Assembly (NCBI RefSeq): GCF_000009045.1 | Contig: NC_000964.3 | Coordinates: 4,080,001-4,112,000 of the forward strand | Direction: 5' to 3' | Source: Bacillus subtilis subsp. subtilis str. 168 | GTDB lineage: Bacteria > Bacillota > Bacilli > Bacillales > Bacillaceae | DNA length: 32,000 bases | Shown: piece after piece, positions 9,429 to 17,353 of the stretch | Layout of the letters: every line of letters starts with the position of its first letter | Position numbering within the stretch: position 1 is the stretch's first letter | Notes under the pieces: generated by a model | Seen by the model: the letters and a program-made list of their open reading frames with translations, nothing else | What the model was told of the DNA's origin: nothing | Database searches by the model: none | Program-made: the position numbers and the translations under genes

Positions 9429-11309
9429 TTACACCATGACCTTGCAAATATTGTTCGTAAATTCCACAGGGTCCTGAATCGGCAGGCCTTCGATGAGGAG
9501 CGCCTGATTGTACAGAAGGTTTGTGTACAGGCTCAGCTTCTCTTTATCTTGTTCAAACGCGTCCTGCAGTGTTTGGAATACCTCGTGATTTGGGTTGATT
9601 TCCAGCACTTTTTCCGCCTTCACATTTTGGCTGTCAGGCATCGCATTTAAGATTTTTTCCATCTCAATTGTCACTTCGCCGTCAGCAGCAAGGCAGACTG
9701 GATGTGATTTAAGCCGTTTTGAGATTCTGACGTTTTTCACTTTGTCTGACAGAATGTTTTTCATTTCCTCAAACAGATCCTTATACTTGCTTTCCTCTTC
9801 CTCGGACTGCTTTTGATCCTCATCCGTGTCTATGCCAAGGTCTCCGCTTGATACGGACTTGAATTCTTTTTCCTGATAAGAAGCCAGCATTTTAATTGCA
9901 AACTCATCGATGTCCTCAGTAAAGTAGAGGATTTCATAGCCTTTGTCCGCCACCATTTCCGTTTGCGGCAGTTTCTCAATGCGGTCGTAAGAATCACCGG
10001 TCGCGTAATAAATGAATTTCTGCTCCTCTGGCATTCTGGAAACATACTCGTCTAAGCTGACCAGTTTTTTCTCTTTTGAAGAGTAGAATAAGAGGAGATC
10101 CTTCAATTGATCCTTATTCGCGCCAAAATCATTGTACACGCCGAATTTCAGCTGTCTGCCGAACGACTTGTAGAACGTCTCGTATTTCTCGCGGTCTTTT
10201 TTCAACAGGCTTTGCAGCTCGCTTTTGATTTTCTTGCTGATGTTTTTCGCGATCAGCTTCAGCTGGCGGTCATGCTGCAGCATTTCTCTGGAAATATTCA
10301 GCGACAGATCCTCAGAATCGACCATGCCCTTCACAAAGCTGAAGTGGTCCGGTAGCAGGTCTGCGCACTTATTCATGATCAGCACGCCATTGGAATACAG
10401 CTCCAAGCCTTTCTCATATTCCTTGGAATAGTAGTCAAACGGCATGTTTTCAGGGACGAATAGAATCGCGTTGTAGCGAACCGCTCCATCCACGCTGATA
10501 TGAACGTGTGTCAGCGGTTTATCAAACCCGTAATGCTTTTCAGCATAGAATTTTTCATAATCCTCATCTGTCAGCTCGCTTTTGTTTTTTCTCCAGATCG
10601 GCACCATGCTGTTGACCGTCTGCTCTTCCTGCACCTCTTCAAATTCATTTTCGCTGCCTTCCTTCGGCTTATTAATGGTTGTATCCATTTTGATCGGGTA
10701 GCGAATGAAGTCGGAGTACTTCTTGATGATCGCTTTTAAACGATATTCCTCTAAAAACTCGTCATAGCTGTCATCTTCTGTGTTCTCTTTGATTTTCAGG
10801 ATAATGTCTGTACCGACAGAATCCTTTTCACACGGCTCAATCGTATAGCCGTCTGCACCCGCAGACTCCCATTTATAAGCCTCTTCGCTGCCAAGCGCTT
10901 TACTGATGACTGTCACGACATCGGCAACCATAAATGCCGCGTAAAAACCGACACCGAACTGCCCGATAATGTCATGTCCGTCTTTCAGCTCGTTTTCCTT
11001 TTTAAACGCGAGGGAACCGCTTTTTGCAATTGTTCCAAGATGCTGTTCAAGCTCATCCTTTGTCATTCCGATCCCCGTATCAGAGATGGTTAATGTTCTC
11101 GCATCTTTGTCAGCTGCGACCTTTATGTAGTAACTGTCTTTATCAAACGTAAGCGCATCGTCCGTAAGCGCTTTGTAATAGATTTTGTCAATCGCATCAC
11201 TCGAATTGGAGATTAACTCGCGCAGGAAAATTTCTTTTTGGGTATAAATGGAGTTAATCATCATATCCAGCAAGCGTTTAGACTCTGCTTTAAACTCTTT
11301 TTTCGCCAC
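9429..11309 (-). CDS. htpG: HtpG, Hsp90-family chaperone
   Basis: The track ORF is trimmed to the GTG at 11309 ([42 protein letters not shown]...), preceded by AAAGGAGCG. It has the GHKL ATPase N-terminus. The length is 626 aa. Confidence 0.95.
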   Translation of the reverse strand: MAKKEFKAESKRLLDMMINSIYTQKEIFLRELISNSSDAIDKIYYKALTDDALTFDKDSYYIKVAADKDARTLTISDTGIGMTKDELEQHLGTIAKSGSLAFKKENELKDGHDIIGQFGVGFYAAFMVADVVTVISKALGSEEAYKWESAGADGYTIEPCEKDSVGTDIILKIKENTEDDSYDEFLEEYRLKAIIKKYSDFIRYPIKMDTTINKPKEGSENEFEEVQEEQTVNSMVPIWRKNKSELTDEDYEKFYAEKHYGFDKPLTHVHISVDGAVRYNAILFVPENMPFDYYSKEYEKGLELYSNGVLIMNKCADLLPDHFSFVKGMVDSEDLSLNISREMLQHDRQLKLIAKNISKKIKSELQSLLKKDREKYETFYKSFGRQLKFGVYNDFGANKDQLKDLLLFYSSKEKKLVSLDEYVSRMPEEQKFIYYATGDSYDRIEKLPQTEMVADKGYEILYFTEDIDEFAIKMLASYQEKEFKSVSSGDLGIDTDEDQKQSEEEESKYKDLFEEMKNILSDKVKNVRISKRLKSHPVCLAADGEVTIEMEKILNAMPDSQNVKAEKVLEINPNHEVFQTLQDAFEQDKEKLSLYTNLLYNQALLIEGLPIQDPVEFTNNICKVMV

Positions 11310-11339
11310 TCTTGATCGCTCCTTTACCATTATGTAAAC

Positions 11340-11381
11340 CCTTTTCAGCATCTATTTATCACATAAGATGACAATTGTCAA
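11340..11381 (-). promoter_or_regulatory. htpG sigma-A promoter plus downstream GAAAAGG heat-induction element
   Basis: The minus strand reads TTGACA (11381-11376), a 16-17 nt spacer, then ATAAAT/TAAATA (about 11359-11353), then GAAAAGG (11346-11340). The GAAAAGG motif downstream of the htpG promoter has been reported as required for heat induction. Confidence 0.65.
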
Positions 11382-11458
11382 TTAGATTGATAGATGCATA
11401 TATATGTAAATTTAACATTAGTTGGATTTGTTTTCACTCTTTTTCTCACTCATTCTCA

Positions 11459-11493
11459 TAAAAAAGAGAGGCTTCATCATCCTCTCTTTTTTT
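11459..11493 (-). terminator. Terminator of yxcA, overlapping its last codons
   Basis: The hairpin is AAAAAGAGAGG-CTTCATCAT-CCTCTCTTTTT. Read on the minus strand it is followed by a T-run. Confidence 0.7.
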
Positions 11494-11728
11494 CTGTGTC
11501 ATTCCAACGGCCAAACTCCCGCTTCATCCATATATGCACCGGGTAGAAAAACAAACCGAACGGTATCAAAAACAAAAGATTATGCCATGAAGCATTCAGA
11601 AATGCGCTTGCAGTCACCGGGAACGTAATCTCTTGCAATAAAAAAGAGATGACAGTCAGCACAACAAATGCAGATGGAATGGTCACGATGCAATAAAACT
11701 TGAGCTCCTTCTTATGCTGTACCTTCAA
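11477..11728 (-). CDS. yxcA: YxcA, small membrane protein of unknown function
   Basis: This 83-aa ORF starts at a TTG 9 nt after GGGAGG. It has two hydrophobic segments and its own terminator. Confidence 0.6.
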   Translation of the reverse strand: MKVQHKKELKFYCIVTIPSAFVVLTVISFLLQEITFPVTASAFLNASWHNLLFLIPFGLFFYPVHIWMKREFGRWNDTEKKRG

Positions 11729-11792
11729 ACATACAAACCTCCCAACAATTTCTAATTCATCTTAACATATGCTGGCCTTTCTTTTCTCGCAT

Positions 11793-11817
11793 GTTTATCA
11801 CTGCACATAGCGGGAAG
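11793..11817 (+). promoter_or_regulatory. SigB-type promoter upstream of yxbG
   Basis: GTTTAT (11793-11798), a 13-nt spacer, then GGGAAG (11812-11817). This is a good match to GTTTAA-N12-15-GGGWAW. Confidence 0.55.
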
Positions 11818-11844
11818 ACAAATAGAAAAAGGAGGTCTCGTATC

Positions 11845-12666
11845 ATGGGAAGACTTGAAAACAAAACAGCAGTTATCACAGGCGCCGCGACAGGCATTGG
11901 TCAAGCGACGGCGGAGGTTTTTGCCAATGAAGGCGCGCGTGTGATCATCGGAGATATCAATAAAGATCAAATGGAAGAAACAGTTGACGCAATCAGAAAA
12001 AACGGAGGACAGGCCGAATCCTTTCACCTCGATGTGTCAGATGAAAACAGTGTGAAAGCATTTGCTGATCAAATCAAGGATGCATGCGGAACGATTGATA
12101 TTCTGTTTAATAATGCCGGCGTTGATCAGGAAGGCGGAAAGGTGCACGAATATCCGGTTGACCTGTTTGACCGCATTATCGCCGTCGACCTGCGCGGCAC
12201 ATTCCTTTGCAGCAAATATTTGATTCCGCTCATGCTCGAAAATGGAGGCTCCATCATCAACACCTCCTCCATGTCAGGCCGTGCCGCGGACCTTGACCGC
12301 TCCGGCTACAACGCCGCAAAAGGCGGTATCACCAACCTGACAAAGGCAATGGCAATCGACTACGCACGAAACGGCATCCGCGTCAATTCCATTTCACCGG
12401 GCACGATCGAAACACCGCTGATTGACAAATTAGCAGGCACAAAAGAACAGGAAATGGGCGAACAATTCCGCGAAGCCAACAAATGGATCACGCCGCTCGG
12501 ACGTCTTGGCCAGCCCAAAGAAATGGCAACAGTGGCACTGTTCCTCGCATCAGACGACAGCTCATACGTCACAGGAGAAGACATCACCGCAGACGGCGGC
12601 ATCATGGCGTACACATGGCCTGGGAAGATGCTGATTGAGGAGAAATGGAAGGAAGAAACGAAATAA
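11845..12666 (+). CDS. yxbG: YxbG, short-chain dehydrogenase/reductase (glucose 1-dehydrogenase-like)
   Basis: The track ORF is trimmed to the ATG at 11845 (MGRLENKTAVITGAATGIGQ...), after AAGGAGG. It has the SDR motifs TGxxxGIG, NNAG and YxxxK (YNAAKGG). The length is 273 aa. Confidence 0.92.
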   Translation: MGRLENKTAVITGAATGIGQATAEVFANEGARVIIGDINKDQMEETVDAIRKNGGQAESFHLDVSDENSVKAFADQIKDACGTIDILFNNAGVDQEGGKVHEYPVDLFDRIIAVDLRGTFLCSKYLIPLMLENGGSIINTSSMSGRAADLDRSGYNAAKGGITNLTKAMAIDYARNGIRVNSISPGTIETPLIDKLAGTKEQEMGEQFREANKWITPLGRLGQPKEMATVALFLASDDSSYVTGEDITADGGIMAYTWPGKMLIEEKWKEETK

Positions 12667-12690
12667 GAGAGGGAGCCCCCTCTCTTTTTG
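12665..12690. terminator. Bidirectional terminator between convergent yxbG and yxbF
   Basis: The hairpin is AGAGAGGG-AGCC-CCCTCTCT, followed by TTTTG. Confidence 0.7.
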
Positions 12691-12694
12691 TCTT

Positions 12695-13837
12695 TTAAAG
12701 CAATACAACCTTATATTTCTTCACATCCAAAAACTGCAAAAACTCCCTCGCCAGCACTTCAGGCGGATGCGCCTTTCCTTCATCCAGCCGATACAAAAGC
12801 AACCCGATAATCATTGCGGATACATAATGGGCATAAAGCTTTTTCTCTGCGTGAATATCAGTTTGCTGATGCAGATAAAACGATTCCAGCGCTTTGAACA
12901 TATCAGGTATCACATGAGGAACACCCCATTCCCGATTGAGAAAATGGACAATGGGCATGTTTGACAAAGCAGAAAGCAGAATGGCGAGCGCCTTCTCCGC
13001 TTCCTTTAAGGAAAATTCATTCGGGCTGGAGGCAATCGTCAGGTGATCAATGATCTCCGCACATGATCGCTGTATCATGGTTTGGAGCAATTCCTCCTTA
13101 TTGGCATAGTGATCATAAAAGGTTGCACGGCGGATATTGCTTTTACGCGTAATATCTGAAATCGTGATGCCCGCGTAGTCTTGTTTCTCCGCCAATACAT
13201 CCAGAAATGCCTTCTGCAGCGCCTCTCTCGTTCGAACCACCCGCCTGTCGATTTGCTTCTCCTTCTCTCGCTCTCCTGGCACAGCTTTTCCAAACAGCCA
13301 ATAAAACCGCTTTTGAGAAACAAGCTCCCATACCTTCTGGCTGATGGCTTCAGGAGACGCGGCCGCATCCTCATTCAGCCAATACAGGATAATCGCGTAC
13401 GTGTACAAGGCCCGATAATGTCCATAAATGTCCCGTTCAATCGGCGTTAAATTCACATGGATCGGAGCCAGCAGCACATCCTGCTGAAACACATCCTTAA
13501 AAAAACGATGAAAATGTCCTCTGTTCATCATCACAGAAAAAAAGGAACGATGCTCATGAACAAAGGACAGCGTCGGATGCACCGTTTGCCGTTTTTTGTT
13601 CAAATGAAGGGTATCCATATGACTGAAGGCGTCAAAAAGCGCTTTGCCCAGTCCTTCCTTCATGTCTTCGATCACATCCTCAATGATTGAAAACTTATCC
13701 TCATAATAAAGGTAGAGCGATCCGCGGCTCACTTTGGCCTTCTCAGCGATTTCTTTCATTGTGATGTGTTGAATATCTCTATCTTTCAATAAAGCCAGCA
13801 GCGCCTCTTTCACTTGAGCTTCGGCAGATTCCGGCAC
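12695..13837 (-). CDS. yxbF: YxbF, TetR-family regulator made of two tandem TetR modules
   Basis: The track ORF is trimmed to the GTG at 13837, 6 nt after GGAGGTG. The first HTH is ITMKEIAEKAKVSRGSLYLYYEDK and the second is ITISDITRKSNIRRATFYDHYANK, about 190 aa later. The length is 380 aa. Confidence 0.88.
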   Translation of the reverse strand: MPESAEAQVKEALLALLKDRDIQHITMKEIAEKAKVSRGSLYLYYEDKFSIIEDVIEDMKEGLGKALFDAFSHMDTLHLNKKRQTVHPTLSFVHEHRSFFSVMMNRGHFHRFFKDVFQQDVLLAPIHVNLTPIERDIYGHYRALYTYAIILYWLNEDAAASPEAISQKVWELVSQKRFYWLFGKAVPGEREKEKQIDRRVVRTREALQKAFLDVLAEKQDYAGITISDITRKSNIRRATFYDHYANKEELLQTMIQRSCAEIIDHLTIASSPNEFSLKEAEKALAILLSALSNMPIVHFLNREWGVPHVIPDMFKALESFYLHQQTDIHAEKKLYAHYVSAMIIGLLLYRLDEGKAHPPEVLAREFLQFLDVKKYKVVLL

Positions 13838-13979
13838 AAAAGACACCTCCAATCATTAGACAGATCTTAGATATATGTACGGTAACGTATAGATGGTTCA
13901 CCGTTGTCTTTCTTACAGAAAAGGTACCACCTTATAATAGGTCCGAGAAAAGAAGAAAGCAAATGAGGGGGATTTTACA

Positions 13980-15317
13980 ATGGAACAGCAAGTAAAGGAC
14001 GACATCCAGCGTGTCTTTCAGCTTCAGAAAAAACAGCAAAAAGCCTTGCGCGCTTCAACAGCGGAACAGCGGAGAGAAAAGCTTCAACGCTTTTTAGATT
14101 CCGTCATCGCCCATGAAGAAGAAATCATCGAAGCGATCCGCAAAGACGTCCGCAAACCATATCACGAAGTCAAAAAAGCGGAAATCGAAGGAACAAAAAA
14201 AGCGATTAGAGATAATATGAATAACCTGGAACAATGGATGGCGCCTAAAGAAGTCGGTTCATCGTTAAGCCCTGACGCAAACGGAATTCTTATGTACGAG
14301 CCTAAAGGCGTCACACTCATCCTCGGCCCGTGGAACTATCCGTTTATGCTGACGATGGCGCCGCTTGCCGCTTCTCTCGCAGCCGGAAACAGCGCGATTG
14401 TGAAGCTGTCCGATTTCACGATGAACACGAGCAACATTGCTGCTAAAGTAATAAGAGACGCTTTTGATGAAAAAGAAGTCGCGATTTTTGAAGGAGAGGT
14501 TGAGGTGGCAACCGAACTACTTGATCAGCCGTTCGACCATATTTTCTTCACTGGAAGCACAAATGTCGGGAAAATTGTCATGACAGCGGCTGCCAAACAC
14601 TTGGCATCTGTCACACTTGAGCTTGGCGGCAAGAGCCCGACGATCATTGACAGTGAATACGATCTGATGGACGCAGCGAAAAAGATCGCCGTCGGGAAAT
14701 TCGTAAACGCCGGCCAAACCTGCATCGCACCTGATTACCTGTTCATTAAAAAAGACGTTCAGGACAGGTTCGCGGGGATTTTACAAACAGTCGTCAACGC
14801 TGGATTTATGGAGGATGATCATACCCCAGACCGCAGCAAATTTACGCAGATCGTCAATGACCGCAACTTCAACCGCGTCAAAGATCTGTTCGACGATGCC
14901 ATCGAAAGAGGGGCGGAAGTGGTGTTCGGCGGCGTATTCGATGCCAGCGACCGCACGATCTCGCCAACCGTTTTGAAAAACGTCACGCCTGACATGAAAA
15001 TCATGCAGGAGGAAATCTTCGCATCGATCCTGCCAATGATGAACTATGAAGACATCGACGAGGTCATCGATTACGTAAATGACCGCGATAAACCGCTTGC
15101 ACTTTATGTGTTCAGCAAAAACCAAGATCTGATTGACAACGTCCTTCAGCACACGACATCAGGAAATGCCGCCATCAATGATGTCGTCGTCCATTTCAGT
15201 GACGTCAACCTGCCATTCGGCGGCGTCAACACAAGCGGAATCGGCTCCTATCATGGGGTATACGGATTCAAAGAGTTTTCTCATGAGAAGGGTGTATTTA
15301 TTCAGGCCGCTGAATAA
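13980..15317 (+). CDS. aldX: AldX, aldehyde dehydrogenase (class 3-like)
   Basis: This 445-aa ORF has SD GAGGGGG upstream. It carries the motifs ELGGKSP and the catalytic GQTCIAPDY. A TATAAT at 13933-13938 is a candidate -10 element. Confidence 0.93.
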   Translation: MEQQVKDDIQRVFQLQKKQQKALRASTAEQRREKLQRFLDSVIAHEEEIIEAIRKDVRKPYHEVKKAEIEGTKKAIRDNMNNLEQWMAPKEVGSSLSPDANGILMYEPKGVTLILGPWNYPFMLTMAPLAASLAAGNSAIVKLSDFTMNTSNIAAKVIRDAFDEKEVAIFEGEVEVATELLDQPFDHIFFTGSTNVGKIVMTAAAKHLASVTLELGGKSPTIIDSEYDLMDAAKKIAVGKFVNAGQTCIAPDYLFIKKDVQDRFAGILQTVVNAGFMEDDHTPDRSKFTQIVNDRNFNRVKDLFDDAIERGAEVVFGGVFDASDRTISPTVLKNVTPDMKIMQEEIFASILPMMNYEDIDEVIDYVNDRDKPLALYVFSKNQDLIDNVLQHTTSGNAAINDVVVHFSDVNLPFGGVNTSGIGSYHGVYGFKEFSHEKGVFIQAAE

Positions 15318-15327
15318 TCGCATGATC

Positions 15328-15358
15328 AAAAGGCGCTTCCTTAGAGGAGCGCCTTTTA
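15328..15358. terminator. Bidirectional terminator between convergent aldX and yxbD
   Basis: The hairpin is AAAGGCGCTTCC-TTAG-AGGAGCGCCTTTT. Confidence 0.75.
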
Positions 15359-15835
15359 TTGTAACTCCTTGACCAAAAGCAATTCATCACGGATAGGTAT
15401 TTTATTATCTGCCAGTAAAGGAATTTCGGGCTTCATCTTTCTGGCCGTCTCGACTGCATTCACAAATAGTCGATCCAACCGGTACCCTCTCTTCTGATAA
15501 AACGCTAATGCATGAATATTATCATTGGTTGTGATCAGTTTTATTTGTTTGATATTTCTCTCTCTGCATGCTTCCTCGGCTTTCTCTAGCAGAGCTGTTC
15601 CGATCCCTTTATTCTCAATGACACTATCCAGCGAAATGATTTCACAGGCATCTTCTTCAAATATGTATGTAATAAGGCCAACAATCTGGTTATCATCGTT
15701 GAGCATTCCATAACCATCTAATTCATCGCAGTTATAAATACCGCTAGAAATAACCATTTGCGGACTGCCCCAGTGTTTTTGAAAAAACGCGGAAACAAGA
15801 TCTTTAGGTACCTGGCATGTCGGAATAATATTCAT
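15356..15835 (-). CDS. yxbD: YxbD, GNAT-family N-acetyltransferase
   Basis: This 159-aa ORF has the GNAT motif A (ENKGIGTALLEKAE) and the C-terminal AFYQKRGY motif, with SD AAAGGAGGAA upstream. No terminator separates it from the upstream yxbC. Confidence 0.9.
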   Translation of the reverse strand: MNIIPTCQVPKDLVSAFFQKHWGSPQMVISSGIYNCDELDGYGMLNDDNQIVGLITYIFEEDACEIISLDSVIENKGIGTALLEKAEEACRERNIKQIKLITTNDNIHALAFYQKRGYRLDRLFVNAVETARKMKPEIPLLADNKIPIRDELLLVKELQ

Positions 15836-15914
15836 ATTTTCCTCCTTTTAGCTGAACAAAAATAAGAGAATTAACAACCTATTTTATGTCATTAATCCCC
15901 TTATCTAGTATTTA

Positions 15915-16907
15915 CTAGAACTTATAACTTGTCAAAAGCTGTCTGAATACCAATTGCGTGGATTGATAAGGATCAAAATCTGAATCCTGAGATTGGAAGA
16001 TTTGCTCTGGGGTCAATGTCTCTGCGTTCTCTGATAACGTTTGAATCAGACTTTCCAAATATCCATTTAACTCTGATTTGGACGATTCATGTAGGGATTG
16101 ATGATTTACAGCGAGTTCTCTAAATCTGTTATCACTGATTAATTTTTTTCGAAGAGCTGCTAGCATCAAGTCAAGCCATGCAGGCTGGCCAAATGTAATA
16201 TTTAAAGCTAACGTTGCTTGATCAGATTTGGTGGAGTGCCATAAACCTCTTGGCAAATACAGCATGGTTCCCGGTGTTAAATTAACGATTTCTGCATCTG
16301 GCAGATCCTCTTTTGGCGGATCTCCTTTCCAATATGACTGTAAATCATCAGGATAGTAAGGAGCCTCTGATAAATCATAGTGCTGCATTGGATTGCTCAC
16401 ATTTTCATTCTTGGCAAGCTTCCATGTTTTCTCACCTTGAATTTGAAAAATCAAGTTGGTGTAGGCGTCAAAATGGGCTTTGAATCCCCCGCCATTTTTC
16501 GCCGCGTAAACAATGGCTTTGGAAGAAGTACCCGCAGGCAGTCTTAATTCCGCTTTGAGTTTTTCTATCCACCTTCTGACTTGGGGAATAAATAGGTCGG
16601 TGAAATCAAACTCTAATGCAGCCCCTTTTTCATACCACTCTAAAGCCTCTGCAGGTGACACAAGAAATCTGTCTGTGATCCCTTCAGATTCTTCAATCAC
16701 AGCATCACCAACGACCATGACTGGATTATTGTAGATAGCCAATACGTTTTCTAGCGTTCTAACCTTTTCAAACCCCGGTATGCTTGTAAATCTCTCCACT
16801 TCTCCTCTGGCTACCAAAGGTTTTACAGGCCAATATTCTTCTAAAAACTCACTCATCGTTACAGGACTGATGATAGACTCCAAAACCGATTCGGTTACAG
16901 CACTCAT
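15915..16907 (-). CDS. yxbC: YxbC, JmjC/cupin-4-type Fe(II)/2-oxoglutarate oxygenase
   Basis: The track ORF is trimmed to the ATG at 16907 (MSAVTESVLES...), after GGGAGGGA. It has the HxD...H facial triad (FKAHFDAY ... LYLPRGLWHST) typical of JmjC/ribosomal-oxygenase-like cupins. The length is 330 aa. Confidence 0.88.
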   Translation of the reverse strand: MSAVTESVLESIISPVTMSEFLEEYWPVKPLVARGEVERFTSIPGFEKVRTLENVLAIYNNPVMVVGDAVIEESEGITDRFLVSPAEALEWYEKGAALEFDFTDLFIPQVRRWIEKLKAELRLPAGTSSKAIVYAAKNGGGFKAHFDAYTNLIFQIQGEKTWKLAKNENVSNPMQHYDLSEAPYYPDDLQSYWKGDPPKEDLPDAEIVNLTPGTMLYLPRGLWHSTKSDQATLALNITFGQPAWLDLMLAALRKKLISDNRFRELAVNHQSLHESSKSELNGYLESLIQTLSENAETLTPEQIFQSQDSDFDPYQSTQLVFRQLLTSYKF

Positions 16908-16971
16908 ATTATCCCTCCCAAAAAAAGTAACTTCACCACAAAGATATAACATTTTTTTCTAAAAGTAAATA

Positions 16972-17000
16972 TTGACAGAATTATCAGAGGATTATAATAT
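16972..17000 (+). promoter_or_regulatory. Sigma-A promoter of the peptide/yxbB-asnH operon
   Basis: A perfect TTGACA lies at 16972-16977. The -10 is either TATAAT at 16993-16998 (15-nt spacer) or TAATAT at 16995-17000 (17-nt spacer). The predicted transcription start is about 17005-17008. Confidence 0.6.
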
Positions 17001-17048
17001 TTAGTTGTGCGTGATAGCCTATTTTTTTACAAGGAAGGAGGGAAAAGG

Positions 17049-17117
17049 ATGAAAAAGGCTTATAAGAAACCTCGTCTTTTTGAACTGCGCCGTGCTGTAG
17101 CAGCTGGCGGCCATTAA
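17049..17117 (+). CDS. 22-aa peptide MKKAYKKPRLFELRRAVAAGGH, copy 1 (candidate RiPP/scaffold precursor)
   Basis: The ATG lies 6 nt after GGAGGG and the stop is TAA. It is too short for the ORF track. It is identical at the peptide level to copies 2 and 3, and differs from copy 2 only at wobble positions. Confidence 0.7.
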   Translation: MKKAYKKPRLFELRRAVAAGGH

Positions 17118-17166
17118 TCTCATATAGCATTTGACATCTAGTACTCTATTTTAGGAGGGATGCTCA

Positions 17167-17235
17167 ATGAAAAAAGCTTATAAGAAACCTCGCCTTTTTG
17201 AACTGCGCCGTGCTGTAGCAGCTGGCGGCCATTAA
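17167..17235 (+). CDS. 22-aa peptide MKKAYKKPRLFELRRAVAAGGH, copy 2
   Basis: The ATG lies 8 nt after AGGAGG (17153-17158) and the stop is TAA. The peptide is the same as copy 1. Confidence 0.7.
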   Translation: MKKAYKKPRLFELRRAVAAGGH

Positions 17236-17284
17236 TCTCATATAGCATTTGACATCTAGTACTCTATTTTAGGAGGGATGCTCA

Positions 17285-17353
17285 ATGAAAAAAGCTTATA
17301 AGAAACCTCGCCTTTTTGAATTGCGCCGCGCTGTAGCAGCTGGCGGTCATTAA
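17285..17353 (+). CDS. 22-aa peptide MKKAYKKPRLFELRRAVAAGGH, copy 3
   Basis: The ATG lies 8 nt after AGGAGG (17271-17276) and the stop is TAA. It has three synonymous changes relative to copy 2 (CTG>TTG, CGT>CGC, GGC>GGT). Confidence 0.7.
   Translation: MKKAYKKPRLFELRRAVAAGGH

Noticed and set aside
11422-11628. A + strand 68-aa ORF overlaps yxcA.
   Set aside because: It has no SD, it runs through the yxcA terminator hairpin, and its composition is implausible. The minus-strand yxcA has an SD, hydrophobic segments and a terminator.
17131-17136. A perfect TTGACA hexamer lies inside each inter-ORF spacer (also at 17249-17254) and could be an internal promoter.
   Set aside because: No acceptable -10 hexamer lies 16-18 nt downstream. 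That position falls in TTAGGAGGG, the ribosome-binding site.
17160-17183. An alternative mini-ORF, ATGCTCAATGAAAAAAGCTTATAA (7 aa), occurs in repeat units 2 and 3 (also at 17278-17301).
   Set aside because: Its ATG starts only 1 nt after the AGGAGG core, which is too close for initiation. It is absent from unit 1. The 22-codon frame has proper SD spacing and a synonymous-only substitution pattern.
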